A DNA stretch of 62,814 nt, filler included, from Octopus bimaculoides (GCF_001194135.2; 8 parts of 7 records of this genome joined end to end with filler, not necessarily neighbours in it); one strand, 5' to 3'; shown: positions 25,677 through 37,763, counted from the whole stretch's first letter. The notes: generated from the letters alone by a model not told the origin. A program made the numbers and translations.

Positions 25677-26752
25677 GTAAGCCCACATTTGAGATGGTGG
25701 TGAGGCGAATGATTATTTCAAAGTAATCTATCCGACATTACAGATAGATAGATAAATAGATCAATGGATAGGTAGATGCAGATAATAGATAAATAGATAG
25801 TTGTGGAGGTAAATAAATTAAGTTGGGAAATAGATAGACTGACAGAGACCGAAAAATACATAGCTAGATACATAGACAGGGAGATAAAAAGATAGTTACG
25901 TAGATAAAGATAGATTGACTGATAGATTGATTGATAGATAGAATGAGAGATAGATAGAAGGTAAATTGTTATGTATTGGATGTGAAGGACAAAACAGTTG
26001 TCTCCAACGAACATGTGTTTTTTAAATGAATTATATGCACACATACACCCCCACACTTACAAACATATATAGATATATAAAACAAATATATAGGCATGTA
26101 TATATACGCATATATGGGTACATATATGCAGCTATGTATGTATGTATGTATGTATGTATGTATGTATGTATGTATGTATGTATCTGTCTGTCTTTCTGTC
26201 TGTCTGTCGTCCGTCGGCCCGTCGGTCCGTTGGTCTGTCGGTCTGTCTGTCTATCAGTCTATTTTTTAAAAAACTTACATATTTATTAAGTTGTTTGATT
26301 TCTAAATCTGTCTTTCTGGTATACGCGCACACACGTATCCACAAATTATTATACATTATCTGTATCTCTACACGGATGAGTGCATTTCTATACGGTATAT
26401 AACTGTGTATGTGTGTGCGTAACTATATATATAGGTAAAAACATACGTACGTACATACATACATACATACATACATACATACATACATNNNNNNNNNNNN
26501 NNNNNNNNNNNNNNNNNNNNNNNNNNNNNNNNNNNNNNNNNNNNNNNNNNNNNNNNNNNNNNNNNNNNNNNNNNNNNNNNNNNNNNNNTATATGGACATA
26601 CGCTTAGACATGGTTATATATAGAGAAATCGAGTATTAAGAGAATTGTTATAGGTGTTAGTCTTAAAATTTACATTTACATTTTGTGTTTGTTATTTAAG
26701 CAAAAGAAAAAGAAGAAACCTAGTGTAGAATCTGAGATGAAACAGCAATAAC

Positions 26753-26804
<52 letters not shown>

Positions 26805-27099
26805 GCAACAACAATACAAACGTTACTGGTACTACTAATAATAATGATTATGTTGGTGATTATGGTGATGATGATGATGATTGTAATGAGGATAAAAATG
26901 TTGAGGATAAAAATGATATATTATAATAATTTTATATGAAGATATAAAGGCTGAAACTGCAATTGTAATCCTTAAGATGATATATTTATATTTGCACATA
27001 ACCGGTTTCATATTTTATTGATATTCGAAAATCATGACAAATGATATTGGTGGTGTGGGAAAATGGTGTATTTCTTTTGACTATCTCTTCTTCTCACAA

Positions 27100-27148
27100 A
27101 GCCGACTAAAGCATTGGTAGACGGAAACTGGAGAAAACCCATTGTTTA

Positions 27149-27203
<55 letters not shown>

Positions 27204-27420
27204 GCGTGGGCGTGTACGTTTGTGTGTTTGTGTTTGTCCCCCCCAACATCGCTTGACAACCGATGCTGGTGCGTTTACGTCCCCGTAACTTAGCAGTTCG
27301 GCAAAAGAGATGATAGAATAAGTACTAGTCTTACAAAGAATAAGCTCTGGGGTCGACTTGCTCGACTAAAGGCGGTACGCCAGCATGGCCACAATCAAAT
27401 GACTGAATCAAATAAACGAA
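27100..27420 (+). mobile_element. SINE group A, 5'-truncated
   Basis: ATCGCTTGACAACCGATGCTGGTG..AAAGAATAAG..GGGGTCGA..CAGCATGGCC. Confidence 0.9.
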
Positions 27421-27464
27421 TATATATATAATCACACTTGCATGCATATATGTAAATATAAATT

Positions 27465-27524
<60 letters not shown>

Positions 27525-27656
27525 TGTATAATATATATTTATACAAATGCATATATATATATGTGTGTGTGTATACATATATATATTATTAATAATAATA
27601 ATATGACAACAAAAGTATGTTTGAGACTTCGATATGTAAATAGAGGAATTTATCTA

Positions 27657-27828
27657 TAAATATATAATATAGGACAATCAGTTAGTTGTCATAATTATAC
27701 TCAGAATTTCAGATGCCGGGGCTAAAAGACATCCTCATCAGTTATTAGGAGGATGTCTTTTAGGCCCGGCATCTGAAACTTTGAGTATTATTATGACAAC
27801 TAACTGATTGTCCTATATTATATATTTA
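27657..27828. mobile_element. Palindromic PLE-type terminus: 80-bp arms (27657-27736 / 27749-27828), 12-nt spacer
   Basis: Arms are near-perfect reverse complements. Confidence 0.85.
27692..27747 (-). ncRNA. Type I hammerhead ribozyme motif
   Basis: TAATAA-CTGATGA-GGATG[14 nt]CATCT-GAAA-TT CTG AG-TA^TAATTA; intact core, 5-bp stem II, GUA triplet, stem I 5/6 pairs (6/6 using the plus-arm variant TTATTA). Confidence 0.75.
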
Positions 27829-28581
27829 CACATATATTTGTATATATATCTATATCTGAAGTATACGTATATATATTTATATTTATATANNNNNNNNNNN
27901 NNNNNNNNNNNNNNNNNNNNNNNNNNNNNNNNNNNNNNNNNNNNNNNNNNNNNNNNNNNNNNNNNNNNNNNNNNNNNNNNNNNNNNNNNNNNNNNNNNNN
28001 NNNNNNNNNNNNNNNNNNNNNNNNNNNNNNNNNNNNNNNNNNNNNNNNNNNNNNNNNNNNNNNNNNNNNNNNNNNNNNNNNNNNNNNNNNNNNNNNNNNN
28101 NNNNNNNNNNNNNNNNNNNNNNNNNNNNNNNNNNNNNNNNNNNNNNNNNNNNNNNNNNNNNNNNNNNNNNNNNNNNNNNNNNNNNNNNNNNNNNNNNNNN
28201 NNNNNNNNNNNNNNNNNNNNNNNNNNNNNNNNNNNNNNNNNNNNNNNNNNNNNNNNNNNNNNNNNNNNNNNNNNNNNNNNNNNNNNNNNNNNNNNNNNNN
28301 NNNNNNNNNNNNNNNNNNNNNNNNNNNNNNNNNNNNNNNNNNNNNNNNNNNNNNNNNNNNNNNNNNNNNNNNNNNNNNNNNNNNNNNNNNNNNNNNNNNN
28401 NNNNNNNNNNNNNNNNNNNNNNNNNNNNNNNNNNNNNNNNNNNNNNNNNNNNNNNNNNNNNNNNNNNNNNNNNNNNNNNNNNNNNNNNNNNNNNNNNNNN
28501 NNNNNNNNNNNNNNNNNNNNNNNNNNNNNNNNNNNNNNNNNNNNNNNNNNNNNNNNNNNNNNNNNNNNNNNNNNNNNNNNN

Positions 28582-28633
<52 letters not shown>

Positions 28634-29298
28634 GTATAAATATTTTTCTGTGCGTGTGTAATGCGAGGCATTATATATATTAAGACTATGAAAATCAGAT
28701 GCAGTTATATAGTAACTCAAGTCAATTTTGCGCTTAAAAATCCATTCTACATATTTACTAATATTTTCTAATGAGATATAACGTTTGTAATGATATCATA
28801 TAACGTTTAATTTTTCATTTTGTATCCAAGAACAGATGATTATCGTGGTAATGTTGTATATCACAACCACACACACGCACCCGCACACACGCACACACAT
28901 ACAAACACAGACCACACGTACTCACAAGACACCCACGGACATGAATACAGCTGTATATATTTATATGTATATGCATATATATATACAATCGTATAGAACG
29001 TAGTACGTCCATACGCGTATTCCTATAATGAGTTTCCTGAAAATCCTTTATACTCACAAGAGAAACTCTGAGTAGCATGAGACTATCACAACCAAAATAA
29101 AATATTTTATTAGTTTCTCCTATGTTTTGAATATATATTTCCTCTATAGTCAACATTAAACATGTGTGTGTATGTGTTTGTGTATATGTGTGTGCGTGTG
29201 CGTGCATGTGTGTGTTTGTGTATTATTATTCATCCATATATATATACGTATATATATATATATATATACATGTATTTTTATATATAAAATAAATAAAT

Positions 29299-29545
29299 GC
29301 GCCCTTTTAAAGCCTAGCCAGGCTCATGGGCCCGGTTTCCCGGCTTCAATGGCGTATGTGTTCCCCAGCTGGACGGGACCCCAGTCCATCGCAGCGTCAC
29401 TCATTTTTGCCAGCTGAGTGGACTGGAGCAACGTGAAATGAAGTGTTTTGCTGAAGACTATAACGCGTCTCCCGGTCCAGGAATCGAAACCACAATCTTA
29501 CGATCATGATGCTGGCACCCTAACCACTAAACCACGCGCCTCCAC
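29299..29545 (-). mobile_element. tRNA-derived SINE, Meta-like group (core M1, tail T1), near full length
   Basis: Head GGAGGCGCGTGGTTTAGTGGTTAGG..GTTTCGATTCC; tail GCGATGGACTGG..GAAACCGGGCCCATGAGCCTGGCTAGGC. Confidence 0.9.
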
Positions 29546-30811
29546 ATTTATATATATATATATANNNNNNNNNNNNNNNNNNNNNNNNNNNNNNNNNNNN
29601 NNNNNNNNNNNNNNNNNNNNNNNNNNNNNNNNNNNNNNNNNNNNNNNNNNNNNNNNNNNNNNNNNNNNNNNNNNNNNNNNNNNNNNNNNNNNNNNNNNNN
29701 NNNNNNNNNNNNNNNNNNNNNNNNNNNNNNNNNNNNNNNNNNNNNNNNNNNNNNNNNNNNNNNNNNNNNNNNNNNNNNNNNNNNNNNNNNNNNNNNNNNN
29801 NNNNNNNNNNNNNNNNNNNNNNNNNNNNNNNNNNNNNNNNNNNNNNNNNNNNNNNNNNNNNNNNNNNNNNNNNNNNNNNNNNNNNNNNNNNNNNNNNNNN
29901 NNNNNNNNNNNNNNNNNNNNNNNNNNNNNNNNNNNNNNNNNNNNNNNNNNNNNNNNNNNNNNNNNNNNNNNNNNNNNNNNNNNNNNNNNNNNNNNNNNNN
30001 NNNNNNNNNNNNNNNNNNNNNNNNNNNNNNNNNNNNNNNNNNNNNNNNNNNNNNNNNNNNNNNNNNNNNNNNNNNNNNNNNNNNNNNNNNNNNNNNNNNN
30101 NNNNNNNNNNNNNNNNNNNNNNNNNNNNNNNNNNNNNNNNNNNNNNNNNNNNNNNNNNNNNNNNNNNNNNNNNNNNNNNNNNNNNNNNNNNNNNNNNNNN
30201 NNNNNNNNNNNNNNNNNNNNNNNNNNNNNNNNNNNNNNNNNNTATATATATATATATATATTTATGTTTGTCTATCTATCTATCTATATACATACATTTA
30301 TACACATATGCACTCATATGCGTGTGTATATATACATTGCTTTATTTGTATTTTAGTCGTCGTAATATGTTCATCATGTCTCCGTTTTTGAACTCATGTT
30401 ACCTAGTTCTGACTGGAACCCATTTTAATCATACTAATTTATGGGTTCACTAAATTGCAGGACATACAGAACGGAGCGTAAACAACTTTATTCTGGGAAG
30501 TCATTTTGAACATGGACACAGTTAAAAAAGTATACATTTCTCTCTGTATCTCTCTCGCTTTACTCATATATTTATCAATACCTCTGTCTATCTATCTCAG
30601 TTACTTTCTGTACGAATATACAAACACTAGACACATGCATACATGTACACACACGAACACTCACACACACACGAACACACGTGCATACACACACTTGTCT
30701 ACATGTGTTTATATATCAGACTACATTTTTTACTATGAGCATGTATATATTTGAATATGTATATCTCAGACATCGACACACATATACATATATAAATACA
30801 TATGCACACGC

Positions 30812-30854
<43 letters not shown>

Positions 30855-30954
30855 NNNNNNNNNNNNNNNNNNNNNNNNNNNNNNNNNNNNNNNNNNNNTT
30901 AATTAATTAANNNNNNNNNNNNNNNNNNNNNNNNNNNNNNNNNNNNNNNNNNNN

Positions 30955-31012
<58 letters not shown>

Positions 31013-31307
31013 CACATATATACACAGGTATACGCATATACTCTTCTTTCTACTTGTGCACATTGCTTTGTTTGAAATGAATACGTTCTCCTATTGAATC
31101 CTAGATTAGCAAACAATAAATTTAATTTAATTCAACACATAGATAATTAGTAAACTACAATTAGTGTCCTTTCAATTAGAATCTATCAGAACGAATTAGA
31201 ATGGACGTCACAGTAACAAGAATATTAATTCAATAAACAAGATCCTCAACAGTCTCACTGTGTTGGAATTAAAACTCGCAAGCATAGCACAAGTACTAGA
31301 TATATTT

Positions 31308-31347
<40 letters not shown>

Positions 31348-31483
31348 ATGTGTGTGCATGTGTGTGTGTGTGCTATTGTGCTGTTCTTATATGTTTGTAG
31401 AGAGTTTTACAAAGATTTTGTATGAAAATACGTTCACTATAATTTTGTTATATATTTGTAGAAATAACACCAATAATCCTGCG

Positions 31484-32078
31484 ATAGGCAAAAGGCCTGA
31501 AATTTTGGGGAAAGGGTTACATCGACCTCGGTGTATAACTGGTACTTATATCATCGACCCCGAAAGGATAAAAGGCAAAGTCGACCTTGGCGGAATTTGA
31601 ACNNNNNNNNNNNNNNNNNNNNNNNNNNNNNNNNNNNNNNNNNNNNNNNNNNNNNNNNNNNNNNNNNNNNNNNNNNNNNNNNNNNNNNNNNNNNNNNNNN
31701 NNNNNNNNNNNNNNNNNNNNNNNNNNNNNNNNNNNNNNNNNNNNNNNNNNNNNNNNNNNNNNNNNNNNNNNNNNNNNNNNNNTGAAAGGATGAAAGGCAA
31801 AGTTGACCTCGGTGGAATTTGAACTCAGAATGACTCACGAAATACTGCTAAGCATTTTGCCCAGCGTGCTAACGGTTCTGCCAGCTTAGTAATGATCCCT
31901 TTTTCTATAGGTACAAGGCCTGAAATTCTGGGGGAGGAGGATAGTTGATTACATCAACTCCAGTGCATAACTGGTACTTATTTCATCGACCCCACCGAAA
32001 GGATGAAAGGCAAAGTCGACCTCGATGGAATTTGAACTCAGAACGTGAAGATTGACGAAATACTGCTAAGCATTTCTC
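31484..32078 (-). mobile_element. Cluster of 2-3 Nin/Deu-domain SINEs spanning a gap
   Basis: Repeated GAAAGGATGAAAGGCAAAGTCGACC..GGAATTTGAAC blocks. Confidence 0.88.
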
Positions 32079-32671
32079 CCATTCACTCATACTTTACCTC
32101 AATCAATTTTTCATGATTGCCTTAGTGTAATAATAAATGGTGTACTCTCTTTACTGCATTCGTAGTTTGATAACTTATTACTTTAACAGTGTGGTCTGAT
32201 TTACAGTGTACAACATGCAATAACTTACAGAAAGCTCATTCCCATTCTTCATAGTCATTTGATCTGCTAGAAACAGCAGCTAAATCTCCCTCAAATCGTA
32301 CACAATGATGTCTTGAAAAGGCTAAGACATACTGACATTGGATAATTGTTAACTGCCTTGGCGCTGGGCTTCCAGTATAAGTGGTTCACTACCCTGCTGT
32401 TCCTAGTGTCAGCTGCCTGGGTCACTCTGAGCGGCAGACTAAGTTTACCTGGACAATCAAACGGGACGGTCCATATATTGCGGCACTTTTAAGAAAACAA
32501 ATATTCTCCAATTTAAAATTTTTTTTTTTTTTTTGTAAATGAGATTTGTATAAAATACATAAAACAATATACATACATATATAAATATAAACATGTGTGT
32601 GTATGTGTGTGGGACCGCTGAAATCTACACGTGTTTTTTTTTCATTCTCTCTCTGTTTATTTCCTCATTCC

Positions 32672-32705
32672 TTTCTGCTGAAGAGTGCAAGCTCAAAATG
32701 TGAAA
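32672..32705 (+). ncRNA. Decayed hammerhead-like motif of a PLE terminus
   Basis: CTGAAGA-GTGCAAGCTC-AAAA-TGTG; the GAAA and CGT positions look CpG-decayed. Confidence 0.3.
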
Positions 32706-32898
32706 AACTTTTTCATTTTCCTAAGGGTTAAACTAATACACTTGCTTGTTGTTCATACAGCCCGNNNNNNNNNNNNNNNNNNNNNNNNNNNNNNNNNNNN
32801 NNNNNNNNNNNNNNNNNNNNNNNNNNNNNNNNNNNNNNNNNNNNNNNNNNNNNNNNNNNNNNNNNNNNNNNNNNNNNNNNNNNNNNNNNNNNNNNNNN

Positions 32899-33023
32899 CA
32901 TGTTCCCGTTCATCGGACAGTTTTGTTAGAAATGGAAAAGGAATAACAATGCAATCAAAAGTTTTGATTGCATTGTTATTCCTTTTCCATTTCTAACAAA
33001 GCTGTCCGATGAACGGGAACGTG
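32899..33023. repeat. Near-perfect 125-bp palindrome (62-bp arms, 1-nt centre, 2 mismatches)
   Basis: Arms 32899-32960 and 32962-33023. Confidence 0.93.
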
Positions 33024-33039
33024 AAACTCAGAGTAACAG
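33002..33039 (+). ncRNA. Minimal type I hammerhead motif with U4C core variant
   Basis: CTGT-CCGATGA-ACG GGAA CGT-GAAA-CTC A GAG-TA^ACAG; stems I, II and III all pair. Confidence 0.65.
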
Positions 33040-33087
33040 TCTTTTGTTATATTTCTGCTGCTTTTAAATAAAGTATATATATATATG

Positions 33088-33290
33088 TTTGTGTTTCTGT
33101 GTTTGTCCCCCGACCATCGCTTGACAACCGATGTTGGTGTGCTTACATCCTCTGTAACTTAGTGGTTCAGCATAAGAGACCGATAGAATAGGTACTAGGC
33201 TTACAAAGAATAAGTCCTGGGGGGTCGATTTGTTCGACTAAAGGCAGTGCTCCCGTATGGTCGCAGTCAAATGACTGAAACAGGTAGAAA
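33088..33290 (+). mobile_element. SINE group A, 3' half
   Basis: ATCGCTTGACAACCGATG..GTACTAGGCTTACAAAGAATAAGTCCTGGGG..GCAGTCAAATGACTGAAAC. Confidence 0.9.
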
Positions 33291-33897
33291 AGGAAAATAT
33301 TTATATATTAATGGATCAAACTTACACAGAGTACAAATGACAGGGAAAATTGAAGAGGAGGAGGTTAGGTGTTACAAGTCCAACAACAGCTGTTTCTGGA
33401 GGCTCAGACGTACATTGGAATTTTTGGTAGATGTAGTTCACCAAGATGTGCAGCCATTGGATAAATCAAGTCTCCATCACAAGGGTAGAAAAAGATTCTA
33501 CATTTCTGATTATGATGCAGAGAAGTTTAAAGGTGGAATGAAATATTTGAAATCCTTTAATAAACTTTGTCCATGATTGGACAAAATCCCAAATTAAATA
33601 GAAAAAAATTTCAGCTATAGCTCAAGCAAAATACACACACACACACACACACATACACACACAAAGGTACATACACACAGACATATAATATGGTATACAC
33701 ACACACATATATATCATCATCATCGTTTAACATCCGTTGTCCATAGATTATACACTTTGGAATTCCTGAAGTAAATCCAGTAGCATTTCTACTGTATGAT
33801 GACATCTAAAAGCCAATAACAGTGGATGAGGTTTACACAGCATTCTATAAGGTTTCTACCCAATCATAAATCAGCTGTCATATATCCATATATATGC

Positions 33898-33932
<35 letters not shown>

Positions 33933-34493
33933 GTAGTTGCTGGTAATGGTCGGTCAGCCTTTCTGACTGGGCATAACCAACAACTACATTAAATATTACA
34001 GCTCAGAAACATATTCTAGAGTGTACTTTTGTTGGAACTTATGAACAACAGATCGATGCATTTACACAAACACACACACACATCTATATACACGCACACC
34101 CATATCTCTCTCTATATATATACACATATATTTACACATATATATTCATATATACATACACACACACACATATATATATATATACATACATATATATATA
34201 TATACACACACACGCACATATATGAATGTATATATGCTTGCATTTGTGGCATATGTGATGTGTGTGTGTGTGTGTGCGTGTGTGTGTGCAGTCAGCATGT
34301 AAATTCCCTGGGGGATGGAGCACTGGAGCATTGGACAATGAAACGAATTCATTATGTGTAACATGATCTTTAAAACTCAACCGGCCAACTGGTCACTGAC
34401 AGGCCTTTGGGGACTGTTAGCTCCATCAATTATGTTCCAAAGAGGCTCGGAGAGAGGCACATGACCAATAGTATTATTAATAATGATAATGAT

Positions 34494-35100
34494 GATTTCA
34501 TTTATTTGCCACAAGGGTGAAAGATGAGGGGGACAATACAAAGACAGACATAAAGTGTCAGGGTTTACATATAATGAAATGATGAAGAAAACAGAAAGAA
34601 AGGAAGCACACATGGTATACACTGAAAAAGAAGGGACATATGCGTAGCATACAAAGATTAAAAAAAAAAGTGGCAGGGAAGATGATAGAGATGTGGCCCT
34701 ATTGATACTGGAAAACACCTCTAGGGATTATCAAAGAACCCCACTGATTTCCCTGAAACCCCAGGAGTAAGTACCCTCTCCAATTCCTTCTCTCTGACTC
34801 ACAGGTCTACACTTAGAGAAGTACCATCCACTCTTGCTATTTTCACAACTTTCACTCACCTTTCAGTAAACTCACTCGAGGACAGCACTTCCCTCTCTAC
34901 TCTCAATTTCGTTTCCAAGTGAAATTTGAAAAAGTCAATGAGAGCTCTACCAAAGAGGAATGTATCTGTCCTCATGCCTTTCAGCCTTGTCCACCAAACA
35001 ACCTCTTTCACCACAGCCACCAGGCAAAGGAAAACTGCCGTGCCTGCTCGATTGAAATCTATTTTGTCTCTATTATGGTGATGTTCATTTACAACCATCA
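34494..35100 (-). mobile_element. L1/Tx1-like non-LTR retrotransposon, ORF2 C-terminus plus 3' UTR
   Basis: Peptide VFLCLVAVVKEVVWWTRLKG..LIDFFKFHLETKLRVEREVLSSSEFTER, then a pyrimidine-rich UTR and AATAAA; clade assignment by recognition only. Confidence 0.55.
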
Positions 35101-35170
35101 CAGGATGTTAAAACAAGGGTATGCATGCATATACGTACACACAAATATATATGACATCATATATATTTAT

Positions 35171-35324
35171 AGCGCAGGTATGGCTGTGTGGTAAGAAGCT
35201 TGCTTTCCAACTACATGACTCCAGGTTCAGTCCTACTGTATGGGACCAAAGCCTTCTGAGTGGATTTGGTTCATGGAAACTGAAAGAAACCCATTGCATA
35301 TATATGTATGTGTGTGTGTGTGTG

Positions 35325-35367
<43 letters not shown>

Positions 35368-35627
35368 TTGTGTGTGCGTGGCTTTGTGTCTGTATTTGTC
35401 CCCCATCACCGCATGACGCTGGTTTCCAGTGACATAAACACACTGCATGGCGCCAGTGTGTTTACGTCCCTGTAAGTTAGCGGTTTGGCAAAAGAGGCCG
35501 ACAGAACAAGTACTAGGCTTACAAAGAATAAATCCAGGGTTAGATTTATTTGAATAACTCCCTTCGAGGTGGTGGTCCAGTGCAGCCACAGTCAAATGAC
35601 TGAAACATGTAAAAGAATGAAAGAATA
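35171..35627 (+). mobile_element. SINE group A, full length with internal (TG/TA)n
   Basis: Colinear with 35744-36150. Confidence 0.92.
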
Positions 35628-35743
35628 TACAAAGCGTGTTGTAGTTTGCTGGAAATATTGCGATACAGATGCAAAATAATAAATAATGGATGAAGAAGAA
35701 GAGCTATCAATGCAAAAAGGAAACCTGAGTAACAGTATATATA

Positions 35744-36150
35744 GGCGCAGGAGTGGCTGTGTGGTAAGTAGCTTGCTTACCAACCACATGGTTCTGGGTT
35801 CAGTCCCACTGCGTGGTACCTTCGGCAAGTGTCTTCTACTATAACCTCGGGCCGACCAAAGCCTTGTAAGTGAATTTGGTAGACAGAAACTGAAAGAAGC
35901 CCATCGTATATATGTATATGTATATATATGTGTGTGTGTTTATGTGTCTGTGTTTCTCCCCCATCATTGCTTGACAACTGATGCTGGTGTGTTTACGTCC
36001 CTGTAACTTAGCGGTTCAGCAAAAGAGACCGATAGAGTAAGTACTAGGCTTACAAAGAATAAGTCCTGGGGTCAATTTGCTCGACTAAAGGTGGTGCTCC
36101 AGCATGGCCGCAGTCAAATGACTGAAACAAGTAAAAGAGTGAAAGAGAGA
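35744..36150 (+). mobile_element. SINE group A, full length (best copy)
   Basis: A-box-like TGGCTGTGTGG, B-box-like GGTTCAGTCCC, internal microsatellite, CR1-like tail GGTGCTCCAGCATGGCCGCAGTCAAATGACTGAAAC. Confidence 0.93.
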
Positions 36151-36271
36151 GAGTATCAGGCACAAAGGCCCATCGTCAGAAGTGCATGATTTAGAAATGT
36201 GAGTTGCTGGATATCCAGCCGTTTTTATTGCCAAACAGGTGAAATGTTAAGATCTACATAAAATCATCCTT

Positions 36272-36595
36272 ACTTTAGGCTCCCTTCGGTCATGAATGTC
36301 CATGAATTGCACCTAGAAAGGCACTCTCCGAGGCACAAGTCTGGGCAAGGTTGTTTATGGAAGACCGGCAGTTGCCCATGTGTACCAGCCTCTCCTTTCT
36401 ACACCACTGATGTTATCCAAGGGAAAGGCAAAGCTTGGCATCTGTGACATTGCAACTCAATTTTACAGCTGAGTGAACTGGAGCAACATGAAATTAAAGT
36501 GTCTTGCTCCAGGGCACAACAAACTGATGGGAATTGAACTCGCAACCATACAACCATGAGCCAAATACCCTAACCACTAAGCCACGTGCCTTCAC
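36272..36595 (-). mobile_element. tRNA-derived SINE, Meta-like group (core M1, tail T3)
   Basis: Same head and core as 29299-29545, unrelated tail. Confidence 0.85.
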
Positions 36596-36682
36596 ACACA
36601 CACATGAGCATATAAAGTGAGTTTGTACAAGTCTCCATTTGATCCAGCATGCTAACGATTCTGCCAGCTTACCACCTTGATG

Positions 36683-36734
<52 letters not shown>

Positions 36735-36767
36735 CAGAATAATAATAATAGTAACAACAGAATAACA

Positions 36768-37285
36768 AAAAGATGGTATAAACACACGCCAGAAAAGGTC
36801 ACAGAAAACGAGAAAGCAACCATACTCTGGGATATGCCAATACACACAGATAGAGAAATTAAGGCCAATAGACCAGATATAGTTGTCAAAGATCATGAAG
36901 AAAAAAAATGCTTTCTAATTGATGTATCAATACCAGCAGATGACAACGTTTCCCTAAAAGAAATGGAGAAACTTTCAAAATACAAAGACCTGGAAATAGA
37001 GGTGACTCGAATGTGGAATCTAAAAAACAGAAACAATTCCTATCATAGTAGGTGCCTTAGGTATAATAAAAAAATATTCAGACAAATACATAACAAAAAC
37101 ACCAGGACTTACAAATATATATAACATACAGAAAATTGCACTACTGGGCACTGCACACATCCTACGCAAAACACTTTCAATACAGTAACCATAAAAGCAT
37201 CACAGCAAACCACAGCACATACCCAAGGCACACAGAGCTGCACTCGGTAGTGAAGTGAAAGCACGTTATAAAAATAAAACTACTA
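36768..37285 (+). mobile_element. 5'-truncated R4/Dong-clade non-LTR element (RLE endonuclease domain plus 3' UTR) inside (TAA)n
   Basis: KRWYKHTPEKVTENEKATILWD..ANRPDIVVKD..CFLIDVSIP..EKLSKYKDL (PD-D/ExK motif); one frameshift in an A run; IVGALG..LLGTAHILRKTL, stop at 37186-37188; (AAT)n on both flanks. Confidence 0.92.
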
Positions 37286-37331
37286 AATAATAATAATAAT
37301 AATAATAACAATAATAATAATAATCGTTACT

Positions 37332-37520
37332 ATTTCTACTATATGCACAAGGCCTGAAATTTAGTGGGAGGGGGTTTGTTGATTACATTGACCCCAGAAC
37401 TTGACTTGTACGAAAGGATGAAAGGCAAAGGTGACCTCATTGGAATTTGAACTCAGATCATGAAGACAGACAAAATAGCACTAAACATTTAACCCTACAT
37501 GCTAATGGTTCTGCCAGCTT
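37332..37520 (-). mobile_element. Nin/Deu-domain SINE, tail beta
   Basis: Matches the family domain and head. Confidence 0.85.
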
Positions 37521-37545
37521 GCTGTTTTTAAAATAATTAATATTG

Positions 37546-37763
37546 TACATTATTTACATTTGACGGATATCTGTCCTCATCTTGTTTGTTGTTAACATAA
37601 TGTTTCGGCTGATGTATTCTCCGGCCTTCGTCGGGTGTCTTGGGGAAGGCTGGAGGGTATATCAGCCGAAACGTTGTGTTAACTAACAACAAACAAGATG
37701 AGGACAAATATCCGTCAAATGTAAATAATGTAAATAATGTACAGAATTCCTCATCTCTTAAAT
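37546..37763. mobile_element. Palindromic copy of the hammerhead-bearing element family at 53469-53896
   Basis: Arms 37546-37632 and 37646-37740; left-arm core mutated to CCGACGA, right arm lacks CTGATG. Confidence 0.88.

Noticed and set aside
33247-33576. 109-aa ORF
   Set aside because: Starts inside a SINE tail; no recognisable domain or splice structure
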